Part shown: positions 36,618 through 46,907 of the stretch, piece by piece | Numbering within the stretch: the first letter of the stretch is position 1 | Layout: each line of letters begins with the position of its first letter | The notes under the pieces: generated by a model | Seen by the model: the letters and a program-made list of their open reading frames with translations, nothing else | Told to the model about the DNA's origin: nothing | The model's database searches: none | Assembly: GCA_963796455.1 (NCBI GenBank) | Contig: CAWCLO010000004.1 | Location: 960,001-1,024,000, forward strand | Origin: Candidatus Sulfomarinibacteraceae bacterium | GTDB lineage: Bacteria > Acidobacteriota > Thermoanaerobaculia > Thermoanaerobaculales > Sulfomarinibacteraceae | Direction of reading: 5' to 3' | Length of the DNA: 64,000 bases | Position numbers and translations under genes: made by a program

Positions 36618-38570
36618 ATGAGCCGATTTTCCCGGACCTGGATCCGACGTTTGACGTCGATTTTGATGGTGCTGCTTCTCGCAGTGCTAGGGACGCTGAT
36701 CGCGCAGCGATTCCGGCTCCTCAACACCCCGGTCGAAAACGTTGATGGTGAACAGGTTGTCAGTGAAGAGGGTGACCGGGCGGTGGGCGTCTACACCGGA
36801 TTCGAGTATGTCGAAAGGGTCGCCGGAGAGCTGATATTCGAGCTGTTGTCAAAACGTACTCTCGGGCTCTCCTCCGGATGGCACGAGATCGAGGGCGTGC
36901 GACTGCAGTTTCACAACGACGGAGAGCCGGGACCGGCCCTGAGTTGCGATCGAGCGAGCTTCAATATTCAGACCCGCGATGCTCGCCTCGAAGGTGGCAT
37001 CCGGATCGACCTGCCCGATGGCGCGGTGTTGACTGCAGAGGCCGGAACCTTCGAAGCGAGTTCCCGTCGATTCACAACCGACACCGATGTGCATTTCGTG
37101 TCGGGTGGGTCCTATGGCAGGGCCCGAAACGCCACCTACGATCTGTTACAAAACCAGGTGCTCCTCGGCGGCGGGGTTCTCCTCAGTTCCGAAAAAGGCG
37201 GGACCTTGACGGCACCGACCGCTTTGTATCGCCGCGACGACGGAACGATCGAGTTTTCGGGCGGCGCCACCATCCGTATCGAACAATCCGAGATCACCGC
37301 GCCACGATTGGTGATCGGTCTGGAGGATGAGGGCGGCCCGATTCGGCGAATCGAACTGTCAGGAGGGGTCTCCGCCAGGGGATATGGAGTTGGAGGAACG
37401 GCGTCGGCTGAAGCCTGGATGGAGAAGTTGGTGGCAAAAACCGATGCGCGCGGCCGATGGCAGGTGGAGGCCTCGACCAGCGGCAAGTGGATCACGATCC
37501 TGTTTACCGAAGGGGAAGGGTTCATCGAGCGCAAACTGGAGACATGGATCCTGCGCGGCGTGTTGGAAAGCAGCGGCGAGATCGTCAACCTCCGGGGTGA
37601 GCAGGGCGTCTGCATTCGCGAGGTTCCAGTCATGGGAGAAACCAGGTTCGGCGAAGCGCGGTCAGCACGAGTGTGGTTCAAGAATGGGCTGGCCACGGAT
37701 ATCGAGCTTCTCGAGGATGTCATTCTTCGCGGCGAAGAGATCGAAGGGCGGAGTTTTCGCGCACGACTTTCACCCGAGGCCGGGTTATCGATGCTGCACG
37801 GCGATCCGACCGGACCTGAGAGAGTCTTGTTGATCTCGCAGCGTGGCCGCCTGAGCTGCGACCGGGCCCAGCTCTTCCACGATGAAGGTCGCGCGGAAGC
37901 CCGCGGCAACGTGCAGGGTCAGGTCGAGAATGTGTCCCTGGTCGGCGCTCCCCAGCAGAACGATTCACTTCCAACCCACTTTGCCGCCGAGTCCCTTGAT
38001 GTCAACAACGAGGGCAACGAGTATCATCTGCGCGAGAACACCCGGTTGTGGCAGGGTCACCAGATGTTGCTGGCCGACGACGTTTTCTACCGCCACGATG
38101 CCGGAGAGGTTCGGGCGGTCGGGCATGTTCGAACGACGATGCCGGCGTCGGCTCTGGATGCCGCGGCGGATCCATCCGCTGATGTGGTTGTGGTCGCCAG
38201 ATCCCTCGACTTCGATCGGAGCGTGGGCGAGGCGATCTATCGCGGAAACGTGCACTACAGCGATCCGGAGCACACCCTTTCGGCGGCCGAACTCAGTATC
38301 TTTTTTGATGACGATAACGAGCTGACTGCCATCGAGGCGCTCGGAGCTGTCGAATTGGTGGAGCTGGCCACCGGACGGCGGATGACCGGGCGATTTGCCC
38401 GCCGAGAGACGATCAGCCAGATCATCACGGTTGAAGGTTCGCCGGTGCGTTTGACGGATCCGGAAGGCAACACGGTATCGGGATCTTCGTTGACCTGGAA
38501 TCAGGCCGATGGTACGGTCGCGGTCGCTGGAGGAACCGAGACCATCTACTATCCGGAGGAAAGCCCCTGA
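36618..38570 (+). CDS. Extended LptC/LptA (OstA-like beta-jellyroll) LPS transport protein
   Basis: N-terminal TM anchor, repeated beta-rich units (A.Y.GNV, GGVLL, GNVQG); directly upstream of lptB. Confidence 0.75.
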   Translation: MSRFSRTWIRRLTSILMVLLLAVLGTLIAQRFRLLNTPVENVDGEQVVSEEGDRAVGVYTGFEYVERVAGELIFELLSKRTLGLSSGWHEIEGVRLQFHNDGEPGPALSCDRASFNIQTRDARLEGGIRIDLPDGAVLTAEAGTFEASSRRFTTDTDVHFVSGGSYGRARNATYDLLQNQVLLGGGVLLSSEKGGTLTAPTALYRRDDGTIEFSGGATIRIEQSEITAPRLVIGLEDEGGPIRRIELSGGVSARGYGVGGTASAEAWMEKLVAKTDARGRWQVEASTSGKWITILFTEGEGFIERKLETWILRGVLESSGEIVNLRGEQGVCIREVPVMGETRFGEARSARVWFKNGLATDIELLEDVILRGEEIEGRSFRARLSPEAGLSMLHGDPTGPERVLLISQRGRLSCDRAQLFHDEGRAEARGNVQGQVENVSLVGAPQQNDSLPTHFAAESLDVNNEGNEYHLRENTRLWQGHQMLLADDVFYRHDAGEVRAVGHVRTTMPASALDAAADPSADVVVVARSLDFDRSVGEAIYRGNVHYSDPEHTLSAAELSIFFDDDNELTAIEALGAVELVELATGRRMTGRFARRETISQIITVEGSPVRLTDPEGNTVSGSSLTWNQADGTVAVAGGTETIYYPEESP

Positions 38571-38590
38571 GCCCGAAAGCGCTCGATCTC

Positions 38591-39301
38591 GTGGCCCAGA
38601 ATCTACGCAAGGCCTATCGCGGAAGGTGGGTCGTCGATGGGATCAATCTGCGTATTTCTCCGGGGGAGATCGTGGGTCTTCTGGGTCCAAATGGAGCCGG
38701 GAAAACCACAACCTTCTACATGATGGTCGGCCTGGTGGAGCCCAACGAAGGACATGTTGTTCTCGGCGACCGCGAGATTACTGAAGAGTCGATGTATAAG
38801 CGAGCGAGAATGGGCGTGTCCTACCTTGCTCAGGAGCCGAGTTCCTTCAAGCGTCTTTCGGTCGAGGACAATATCTGGCTCATTCTCGAGGCCCTCGGGG
38901 TCGAGGCGAGAAGTGCCCACCAGCGTATCGACGGTCTGCTCGAAGATTTCGGTCTGGCGAAACTCAGGGGACAAAGGGCCGAGACATTGTCCGGTGGCGA
39001 ACGACGGCGGCTGGAAGTCGCGCGGGCGCTCGCAACCGAACCGACCTTCATTCTTCTCGATGAGCCCTTCGCGGGAATCGACCCGCTCGCCGTACTCGAT
39101 CTTCAACGCATCATCAGGCGGCTTAAGTCTTTGGGAATAGGAGTTTTGATCACTGATCACAATGTCCGGGAGACATTGAAGATCACCGACCGCGCCTATA
39201 TAATCAAGGACGGCAAGATTTTTGCTACGGGACAGCCCGTTGATCTGTCTGAAAATCGAGACGTGCGCCGCATCTACCTCGGAGAGGACTTCCGTCTCTA
39301 G
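38591..39301 (+). CDS. lptB: LPS export ABC transporter ATP-binding protein (start may lie slightly upstream)
   Basis: [58 protein letters not shown]. Confidence 0.96.
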   Translation: MAQNLRKAYRGRWVVDGINLRISPGEIVGLLGPNGAGKTTTFYMMVGLVEPNEGHVVLGDREITEESMYKRARMGVSYLAQEPSSFKRLSVEDNIWLILEALGVEARSAHQRIDGLLEDFGLAKLRGQRAETLSGGERRRLEVARALATEPTFILLDEPFAGIDPLAVLDLQRIIRRLKSLGIGVLITDHNVRETLKITDRAYIIKDGKIFATGQPVDLSENRDVRRIYLGEDFRL

Positions 39302-39371
39302 AACGAAATGAGTCGAAAGACCGGGCACCGAGAGATGCCATCGACAGAAAAACTGCGAGGACTTTGAGCGA

Positions 39372-40892
39372 ATGGCACTGGAACAAAAGCTTAGATTGAA
39401 GCTGGCCCAGCGGCTGGTGATGACGCCGTCGCTCCAGCAGGCGATCAAGCTCCTTCAGCTCTCCCGCATCGAGCTCGAGGAAACACTCGCCGAGGAGATC
39501 CTTGAAAATCCAGTACTGGATGTGGAAGAGCCGGAAGCCGAACAGAGCTCCGCCGAGGCAGCTTCCGAGTCCGACGACGAGACTGGAAACGATGATGCTT
39601 CCCCCGGAGAGGAACTGAAGTCCGAGGCAAAGAGCGAGGACGACGCTTTGCCGTCGGAAGAGGAGACCTATGCCGACATCGATGTCGAGGCCTTCTTTGC
39701 CGACTACCTCGGAGACGGCCGTTCCGAGGGCCCGTCGATGGCGGCGCCGGCCCTGGATCAGGAAAATCGTCTCGAGAACATGGTTTCGGTTTCGGCCGGG
39801 CTCAACGACCACCTTTTGTGGCAGCTGCACTTGATGGATTGTCCCGAGGAGATCCTCGAGGCCTGCGAGTTCATCATCGGAAACCTCGACGAGGACGGGT
39901 TTCTGCGCGCCACCCCGGTCGAGATCCGAACCGGCACCGACTGCACCGAGAGTGGGGTGACTGCAGCCCTGGCGACAGTGCGATCTCTCGATCCGCCCGG
40001 TATCGCCGCATCCAATCTTCAGGAATGTTTCGCCGCCCAGATCGAGGCGATGATCATGGAGGCCGCGGGCAACGGCGATGGGGCTATTCTGCAAACCGTT
40101 GCATTCGTGATCGCCGAACATTGGGACGATCTGCTGCATCAACGCTGGGAGAAGCTTGCGGAAAGTCTTGGATACTCCGAATTGGTCGAGATCAAACCGG
40201 TTCTCGACATTATTCAGAGTTTGGAAATGAAACCCGGTCGGGCTTTTCGTCAGGACGACAACCAGTACATCGAACCCGATGTCTATGTTCGATTGATCGA
40301 TGGTGAATACAGCATCACGCTGAATGATGATGGCTTGCCCCGTCTTCGCATCAATTCCCGTTATGCCCGAATGCTTGAAGGAAAACAACTCGACGCAAAG
40401 GCCAATGAATACCTGCGCGACAAGATGCGATCGGCGATGTGGTTGATGAAGAGCATCGACCAGCGGCAGAGGACCATCTTCAAAGTTGCCAACAGCATCG
40501 TCAGTTTTCAGAAAGAATTTCTCGAGAACGGCATCGAACATCTGCGCCCGATGGTCCTGCGACAGGTTGCCGAGGACATCGGGATGCACGAATCGACCAT
40601 CTCGAGAGTCGTGAGCAACAAATATATGTACACCCCGCGGGGTCTTTTCCCGATGAAGTACTTCTTCCACTCGGGTGTCGACTCGGCACGGGGAGAAAAC
40701 GTTTCGTCGATGGTGGTCAAGGAGCGGATTCGCAAGGTGATCGAGGCTGAAGACCCGGAGCGGCCGCTGTCGGATTCGAAGATCATGCGCACCCTGCAAA
40801 AAGAAGGAATTCGCCTCGCCCGTCGAACCGTTGCCAAGTATCGTGAAGAAATGATGATTCCTTCGTCCGACAAACGAAAGAAAGTGTTCTGA
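39372..40892 (+). CDS. rpoN: RNA polymerase sigma-54 factor
   Basis: LVMTPSLQQAIKLLQL, MHESTISRV, RpoN box ARRTVAKYRE. Confidence 0.98.
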   Translation: MALEQKLRLKLAQRLVMTPSLQQAIKLLQLSRIELEETLAEEILENPVLDVEEPEAEQSSAEAASESDDETGNDDASPGEELKSEAKSEDDALPSEEETYADIDVEAFFADYLGDGRSEGPSMAAPALDQENRLENMVSVSAGLNDHLLWQLHLMDCPEEILEACEFIIGNLDEDGFLRATPVEIRTGTDCTESGVTAALATVRSLDPPGIAASNLQECFAAQIEAMIMEAAGNGDGAILQTVAFVIAEHWDDLLHQRWEKLAESLGYSELVEIKPVLDIIQSLEMKPGRAFRQDDNQYIEPDVYVRLIDGEYSITLNDDGLPRLRINSRYARMLEGKQLDAKANEYLRDKMRSAMWLMKSIDQRQRTIFKVANSIVSFQKEFLENGIEHLRPMVLRQVAEDIGMHESTISRVVSNKYMYTPRGLFPMKYFFHSGVDSARGENVSSMVVKERIRKVIEAEDPERPLSDSKIMRTLQKEGIRLARRTVAKYREEMMIPSSDKRKKVF

Positions 40893-40919
40893 CCCGATGA
40901 GAGTTTCATCGGGTTTTTT
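40892..40919 (+). terminator. Intrinsic terminator after rpoN
   Basis: CCCGATGA-GAGTT-TCATCGGG followed by TTTTTT. Confidence 0.75.
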
Positions 40920-40994
40920 GACAAGGGCGACGAAGCAATATCAATCGCCGTCCACAGGAGAAGCCCGAACTGAAAAACGGGTCTGGGAGAAGTC

Positions 40995-41543
40995 ATGAAA
41001 GTTGAATACATCGCACGCAAGGTCACATTGAGTGAGCAGTCCCGCGAGTTGGCGGAAAAGAAGCTGGCAAAAATCACCAAGTACTTCAACGACATTATCG
41101 ATGTCCGGCTGGAGGTGTCCCAAGAGCGGCATCTCCACGTCGTCGATCTGTCGGTGAAAGGTAAGGACTTCGATACTCAAGCAACGGCCCAGCACAAGGA
41201 CATCAGCTCGGCCATCCAGGAAGCGATCGACAAGCTGGAAATGCAGGCGCGGCGGGCGAAGGCTCGATTGAAGGACCACAAAAAGCGCGCCGGTTCGGTT
41301 GCCAAAACCGATCAGGGCTGGGCGATTGACGTGCTCGAGCGAGAGTCGATCGGTGATGCCGAACCGCGCATCGTCGAGCGCAGCAACCTCGAAATCAAAC
41401 CGATGTCGATCGAAGAAGCGGCTCTACAGCTCGATGCTTCGTCATACGGTTTTCTGGTCTTTCGGAACTCGAACAACGATCGCATCAATGTGATCTATCG
41501 TCGTGACGACAATAATCTGGGATTGATCACCCCCGAGCTTTGA
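40995..41543 (+). CDS. hpf: Ribosome hibernation promoting factor (long HPF)
   Basis: N-terminal S30AE domain (AIDKLE.Q.RR.K) plus C-terminal KPMSIEEAALQL...VIYRR. Confidence 0.93.
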   Translation: MKVEYIARKVTLSEQSRELAEKKLAKITKYFNDIIDVRLEVSQERHLHVVDLSVKGKDFDTQATAQHKDISSAIQEAIDKLEMQARRAKARLKDHKKRAGSVAKTDQGWAIDVLERESIGDAEPRIVERSNLEIKPMSIEEAALQLDASSYGFLVFRNSNNDRINVIYRRDDNNLGLITPEL

Positions 41544-42007
41544 TGAAGATCCACAAACTCATTACACCCGACAACGTGTACCTCGACCTCGATGCAGATG
41601 ACGTCGAGGCGGCTCTGAGCGCGGTCTCTGAAGTGTTCTCACCAACCCTGGGTCTCGAGAGTGAAGAAGTTCTGCGTGCGCTGCTCGAACGTGAGGGCCT
41701 GGGTTCCACTTCGATCGGCAATGGTTTTGCGATTCCACATTGCAAGACCGAAGGTCTGCGCCAGATCGCGATTGCGCTGGCTCGTTTTTCTCAACCTGTT
41801 CCCTTTGGCGGCAATGATCATGATCCGGTGGCTTTTGCGTTTGTCGTGTTGTCACCCCCCGATCAACCCGCCGCCCATCTTCAGGTCCTGTCACAGATCG
41901 CACGGGTTCTGAAACGCCATGATCTTCGCGACCAATTGCTGTCGGCTTCGACATCCGACGAGATCGCGACCGCCATCTGTGCGACCGCAGAGTCGGAGGG
42001 GCTATGA
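41543..42007 (+). CDS. ptsN: PTS EIIA (Ntr/fructose-type)
   Basis: LLEREGLGSTSIGNGFAIPH, HLQVLSQIAR; rpoN-hpf context. Confidence 0.88.
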   Translation: MKIHKLITPDNVYLDLDADDVEAALSAVSEVFSPTLGLESEEVLRALLEREGLGSTSIGNGFAIPHCKTEGLRQIAIALARFSQPVPFGGNDHDPVAFAFVVLSPPDQPAAHLQVLSQIARVLKRHDLRDQLLSASTSDEIATAICATAESEGL

Positions 42008-42993
42008 CCACGCCGGATCCGATTCCGGTGGATCGCCTGCTCAGCGAGAGGCGGCTCGCTCACCTGAATCTCGAAGTTGTCGGTGGCGCTGAAGGATTGG
42101 CGGACCACCGGATCTCCAATCCGCGAGTCCAAAAGCCGGGTCTCGCTTTGGCCGGATTCCTGCCGTATGTCAAACCGGGCCGGCTGCAGATCATCGGCGA
42201 GTCGGAACACGATTTCCTGGCGACATTCCCGAAGGGCGAAGGGGACCAACGGCTGAAATGCCTGCTGGAACTCGAAATTCCCTGTGTGGTTTCGAGCAAA
42301 GGAAAACGCCCGTCCGAAGCGGTGATTGCGGCTGCGAATGCGGCTCGAGTGCCTTTGCTCGTGACACCCGAACAGACCTCGGAAACCATCGAGGCGCTGT
42401 CGAGTTTTCTGGAGGACGAACTTGCTCCCAGAACCCAGATGCACGGTGTGCTGGTGGATGTCTTCTCCCTCGGCACATTGATCATCGGCGATCCTGGTAT
42501 CGGCAAGAGCGAGTGCGCCCTCGAACTGGTTTATCGCGGCCACCGATTGGTCGCCGATGACACGGTGGTGGTTCGCCGGACCCACCACCGGGGTTTGCTC
42601 GGCGGCCCGCACGAGTTGCTCGAAAACTACCTCGAACTCCGCGGCGTCGGAATCATCGACGTCCGCAAACATTTCGGTATGACGGCGACATCGCCCGCGG
42701 TCGCGTTGTCCCTGGTCATTCAGCTGACCAAGCTGACACCCGAAGCTCGAGAAATGGAGCAGGTGTGGCGCGAACAGATGATGGAACGACCGAGCGCGTG
42801 GACCTCGACCGAGAATATTCTCGGAATCGAAATACCCCGCTACACCATGGTGGTGGCCCCGGGGAGAGACCTGGCGATCATGGTTGAAACGGCGGTGCGA
42901 AAATGCCTGCTCGCGCAACGCGGCATCGAAGACGAACGCGGATTTCTGGAGAGCGTGAATATGATGGCGCTAGGGATCGATCGTGAGCGCTGA
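42004..42993 (+). CDS. hprK: HPr kinase/phosphorylase
   Basis: QKPGLALAG, HGVLVDV, G.PGIGKSECALEL..RGHRLVADD, LELRGVGII. Confidence 0.95.
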   Translation: MTTPDPIPVDRLLSERRLAHLNLEVVGGAEGLADHRISNPRVQKPGLALAGFLPYVKPGRLQIIGESEHDFLATFPKGEGDQRLKCLLELEIPCVVSSKGKRPSEAVIAAANAARVPLLVTPEQTSETIEALSSFLEDELAPRTQMHGVLVDVFSLGTLIIGDPGIGKSECALELVYRGHRLVADDTVVVRRTHHRGLLGGPHELLENYLELRGVGIIDVRKHFGMTATSPAVALSLVIQLTKLTPEAREMEQVWREQMMERPSAWTSTENILGIEIPRYTMVVAPGRDLAIMVETAVRKCLLAQRGIEDERGFLESVNMMALGIDRER

Positions 42994-43861
42994 CGGCGCA
43001 TTGTTTAACGGGCCATTTGTCATAACCGGGCTTTCCGGGGCTGGGAAATCGGTTCTCAGCCGGAGCCTCGAGGACATGGGCTACAGCTGTGTGGACAATA
43101 TTCCTCTCGATCTGGTTCCGCTTTTGTTTACGCGAACGACCGAAGAGATGGAACGCCTCGTGGTGGTGCTCGACATTCGGACCCGGGGCATGATCCAGCT
43201 TTTTCCGGACTTCTTCCGCGATCTGGCAAAGAAATACAGTGGGGTTCGATTGATCTTTGTCGAGGCATCTCCGGAGATCCTGCTCAAACGTTTTTCGGTT
43301 GCCCGCCGGCCCCACCCCTTGCGTGACCTCAGTCTGGAACAGGCGATCACCGAGGAGAGAAAGACGCTCTCTGAGGTCCGTGACCTCGCCGATCTGGTAG
43401 TCGATACGACCGGTTTGTCTCCGCACGACCTGCGTCGGCAGGTGTTGTCCCTGGCCGGCGGTGATGCCACCAAACAACAGCTCGCCATCGAGGTTCAGAG
43501 CTTCTCTTATCTGCAGGGCGTGCCGGCGACGGCAAGCCTCGTTTTTGACGTTCGCTTCCTGCCAAACCCGTTTTTCGAGCAGTCATTGCGGTCCCTGGCC
43601 GGTGATGATCAACCGGTTTCCGATTGGCTCGGGAAGTTTCCGGAAGTTGAAGCAGTGGGAGATCGAATCATGGCTTTGGTATCGTATCTCCTACCGAGGT
43701 ACGCCGAAGAGCTGAAAACCCACCTCGGTATCGCCCTCGGTTGCACCGGCGGCCGACATCGATCGGTCTATATGGCCGAGCGTGTTGCCCGGGCACTCAG
43801 GGAGGAGGGTCACGAAGTGGTGGTGCATCACCGTGACAAGGAGCGCTGGAGGTATTCATGA
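42983..43861 (+). CDS. rapZ: RNase adapter RapZ / YvcJ-family nucleotide-binding protein
   Basis: ITGLSGAGKS, EDMGY.CVDN, RRPHPL, FDVRFLPNP, GCTGGRHRSV. Confidence 0.94.
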   Translation: MSADGALFNGPFVITGLSGAGKSVLSRSLEDMGYSCVDNIPLDLVPLLFTRTTEEMERLVVVLDIRTRGMIQLFPDFFRDLAKKYSGVRLIFVEASPEILLKRFSVARRPHPLRDLSLEQAITEERKTLSEVRDLADLVVDTTGLSPHDLRRQVLSLAGGDATKQQLAIEVQSFSYLQGVPATASLVFDVRFLPNPFFEQSLRSLAGDDQPVSDWLGKFPEVEAVGDRIMALVSYLLPRYAEELKTHLGIALGCTGGRHRSVYMAERVARALREEGHEVVVHHRDKERWRYS

Positions 43862-44274
43862 TTCCGGTCCTCATTCTGACCCACGGCAATCTCGCGTCTG
43901 AACTCCTGCAGGCCGCTCAGACCATCGACCCTTCTCTGACCGATCAGACCTCCGCCATGCCTCTACCCTGGGATGTGGACTCCGATGAGGCCTCAAAGAG
44001 CCTCAAGAAACAGCTTCGCGAGCTCGATCAGGGTGAAGGCACCCTGGTGTTGACCGATATGTTTGGCGGTACGGCAACCAATCTCGCGCTGCCATTCCTC
44101 GAAGCCAAACGGGTCGAGGTCGTCACCGGGGTCAATCTGCCGATGCTGGTCAAACTCGGTTCATTGCAGGGCCGGACCATGTCCCTGGAGGAGTTGGCCG
44201 AAGGGCTGAAGGCCGCCGGTCAGAAGAGCATTCGAGTCGCCAGCGAGTTCCTGCACGCGAAGGCATCGAGCTAA
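43858..44274 (+). CDS. PTS EIIA, mannose/fructose family
   Basis: LILTHG.LA.EL, LTDMFGGT, VTGVNLPML. Confidence 0.9.
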   Translation: MIPVLILTHGNLASELLQAAQTIDPSLTDQTSAMPLPWDVDSDEASKSLKKQLRELDQGEGTLVLTDMFGGTATNLALPFLEAKRVEVVTGVNLPMLVKLGSLQGRTMSLEELAEGLKAAGQKSIRVASEFLHAKASS

Positions 44275-44373
44275 CTCACGACAATCACATACAATAAAGG
44301 GGTCGTCTGCTTCGAAAAGCCGACCCGGCACAGAGTTCCAAGGCTACGGCCGCAATTCACGAGGAGAGATGAG

Positions 44374-44643
44374 ATGACCCAGGAGACGGTGATGATTTCG
44401 AACAAGCTCGGGCTGCACGCGCGCGCTGCCGCCAAGCTCGTTCACACCGCGAGCGTTTTTGAGGCTGAAATCTATGTTGGTACGGAAAACGAAGAGGTGA
44501 ACGCGAAATCGATCCTCGGCATTCTCACCCTCGCTGCGACCAAAGGCACTCCGCTCACCGTGCGTGCCGACGGCGCAGACGAACGTGAGGCGGTCCAGGC
44601 GATCGTCGATCTCTTTGCGGACAAATTCGGGGAAGGCCAGTGA
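44374..44643 (+). CDS. ptsH: Phosphocarrier protein HPr
   Basis: NKLGLHARAAAK (His15), NAKSILG (Ser46). Confidence 0.95.
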   Translation: MTQETVMISNKLGLHARAAAKLVHTASVFEAEIYVGTENEEVNAKSILGILTLAATKGTPLTVRADGADEREAVQAIVDLFADKFGEGQ

Positions 44644-46403
44644 GCCGATTTCTGAGCGGCCTCGGGGTCAGCCCCGGCATCGCCATCGGCGAGCCGGTGG
44701 TGCACGAGACCCGGCCGATCTCCACGTTGCGGATTCCGATCCGGGCCGACAAGGTGGACAAAGAGATCGAGCGCTTCCGAAAGGCGGTCACAACAACCGT
44801 CGAGCACATCAAGGAGAATCGCGACCGGGCTCTGGCCCAGATGGGGGAGGAGTACGCCGCCATTTTCGAGGCCCATCAACTGATTGCCTCTGATCCTTCG
44901 TTTGTCGGTCCGGTGGAGAAAGTGATTCGCGACGAGAAGGTCAACGCCGGTTGGGCCATTGATCAGGTCCTCGAACTTCTCATCAAACGTTTTGAATCGC
45001 TGCCCGACGAATACCTCGCTGACCGCAAACTCGATGTGGTCGACGTCGCCACCCAGATTCTTCATGCGCTTCATGGTCTCGATCTCGGCCAACTCGAAAA
45101 ACTCGACCGCCCGGTGATCCTGGTGGCCGACGACCTGCCTCCATCGGCTGCAGTGCAGCTCCCACTCGATCGGATCCTCGGTTTTGCCCTCGAAATGGGT
45201 GGGCCGACCTCCCACACCACCATCATCGCCCGGTCCCTGGGGATCCCGGTGATTGTCGGTGCACACGGTTCCTGCTCAGAGGCCAAACAATCTCGGCGCA
45301 TGGCCCTCGACGCCTTCGAGGGTAAGATCGTGTTCGACCCGAATCCGGCGGAGCTCAGTGAATACGAGAGCCGGCAGCGGGAGTACCAGGAACAGCAGGC
45401 GGCACTGTTACAGATGCGGGTGATGCCGACCGTGACTCGGGATGGACGGGCCATCACCCTGCTCGCAAATATCGATCTGCCCGGCGAGGTCGAACAGGCC
45501 GTTCAGTGGAACGTGGAGGGCGTGGGTCTGTACCGGTCCGAGTTCCTGTATATGAAGATGAGCCCGAATCTTCCATCGGAAGACGATCACCTCGAGGTTT
45601 ATCGGGAGATGGTCTCCGGTATGGGCGACCTGCCCGTCACCATCCGGACTTTCGATCTCGGCGGACGAAAATTGGCTCGAGAGGTCATTGGGGCCAACGA
45701 AGCCAACCCGGTGCTCGGGCTGCGTGGTATCCGGCTCTGTTTCTCGCAGCCCGAGTTCTTCCGGACCCAGCTACGGGCCCTGCTTCGAACGGCCGGGGAG
45801 TTTCCTGTCGGCCGGGTCAAGATCATGTTCCCCTTGATTTCGGGCATCGAGGAGTTTCGCATTGCACGACTCCTGGTCCGCGAAATCACCAAGCAGCTCC
45901 TCGAGGAAGGCCGGAACGTCCACGAACAGATACCCCTGGGCGCCATGGTCGAGGTGCCCGCCTCGGCAATCATGGCCAGGGAGCTTGCCCGGGAGGTGGA
46001 TTTCATGTCGATCGGCACCAATGACCTGATCCAATACTCGCTGGCGGTCGATCGATCAAATGACCTCGTCGCAAATCTCTATCGTCCAACGAACCCGGCG
46101 GTACTGCGTCTGATCTCGAACGTCATCGATGCCGGCAAGGCCGAAGGCATCGAGGTGTCCATGTGCGGGGAAATGGCCGCGGATCCGCTGATGGTGCCGG
46201 TTTTGGTGGGTCTGGGTCTCGAACGATTCAGCATGAACCCGCAGGCGGTTCCGGTGGTCCGGGCCCTCGTACGTCAACTGTCGTACCGTGAAGCCGCACA
46301 TATTGCTCGCACCGCGTCGAAGATGATCACCGCCAGGGACGTGGAAGAATACCTGCTCGAACGACTGGCCTTCCAACTCGCGAAAACAAAGATTCAGGTC
46401 TGA
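44640..46403 (+). CDS. ptsI: PTS enzyme I
   Basis: GGPTSHTTI (phospho-His), GVGLYRSEF, NPVLGLRGIR, SIGTNDLIQY, MCGEMA. Confidence 0.96.
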   Translation: MSRFLSGLGVSPGIAIGEPVVHETRPISTLRIPIRADKVDKEIERFRKAVTTTVEHIKENRDRALAQMGEEYAAIFEAHQLIASDPSFVGPVEKVIRDEKVNAGWAIDQVLELLIKRFESLPDEYLADRKLDVVDVATQILHALHGLDLGQLEKLDRPVILVADDLPPSAAVQLPLDRILGFALEMGGPTSHTTIIARSLGIPVIVGAHGSCSEAKQSRRMALDAFEGKIVFDPNPAELSEYESRQREYQEQQAALLQMRVMPTVTRDGRAITLLANIDLPGEVEQAVQWNVEGVGLYRSEFLYMKMSPNLPSEDDHLEVYREMVSGMGDLPVTIRTFDLGGRKLAREVIGANEANPVLGLRGIRLCFSQPEFFRTQLRALLRTAGEFPVGRVKIMFPLISGIEEFRIARLLVREITKQLLEEGRNVHEQIPLGAMVEVPASAIMARELAREVDFMSIGTNDLIQYSLAVDRSNDLVANLYRPTNPAVLRLISNVIDAGKAEGIEVSMCGEMAADPLMVPVLVGLGLERFSMNPQAVPVVRALVRQLSYREAAHIARTASKMITARDVEEYLLERLAFQLAKTKIQV

Positions 46404-46491
46404 ACCCGTCACCCTCCCTCTGCAACCTGAGCGGAGGCAAACAGGCGCCGTGACGGTTGGCTCCCAAATCTCACCCGGCTAAAATGGAATC

Positions 46492-46866
46492 ATGATCAAA
46501 ATCACCGAAGCACGCATCGTCGATAAACCCTGGGGGCACGAAGAGATCTTCGCCCACACCAAAGACTATGTCGGCAAGATTCTCTTTGTCCGCACCGGAG
46601 AGGCGCTGAGTCTTCAGTACCACGAAGTCAAAGAGGAGACTCTCCGGGTGCTCGGCGGGGAGCTCGAATTGGTCACCGGCAGCAGCGTCGACGAACTCGA
46701 AACTCACCTTCTGAAAGAGGGGAATGTGTTTCACATACCTCCCCGCACCCTCCACCGGATGGTGGCGATCAGTGATTGCACCCTGCTGGAGGTGTCTACC
46801 AGCAACCTCGATGACGTGGTGCGACTCGAGGATCGATATGGCCGTGAAGGAACTTCTGAGGCCTGA
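46492..46866 (+). CDS. Cupin, mannose-6-phosphate isomerase C-terminal-like
   Basis: VDKPWGHE, LSLQYHE.KEET, LHR, EVST...DDVVRLEDRYGR. Confidence 0.88.
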   Translation: MIKITEARIVDKPWGHEEIFAHTKDYVGKILFVRTGEALSLQYHEVKEETLRVLGGELELVTGSSVDELETHLLKEGNVFHIPPRTLHRMVAISDCTLLEVSTSNLDDVVRLEDRYGREGTSEA

Positions 46867-46907
46867 ATACGTCATACTGGTAATGAGAGACCCCATGAAA
46901 GGGGAGA

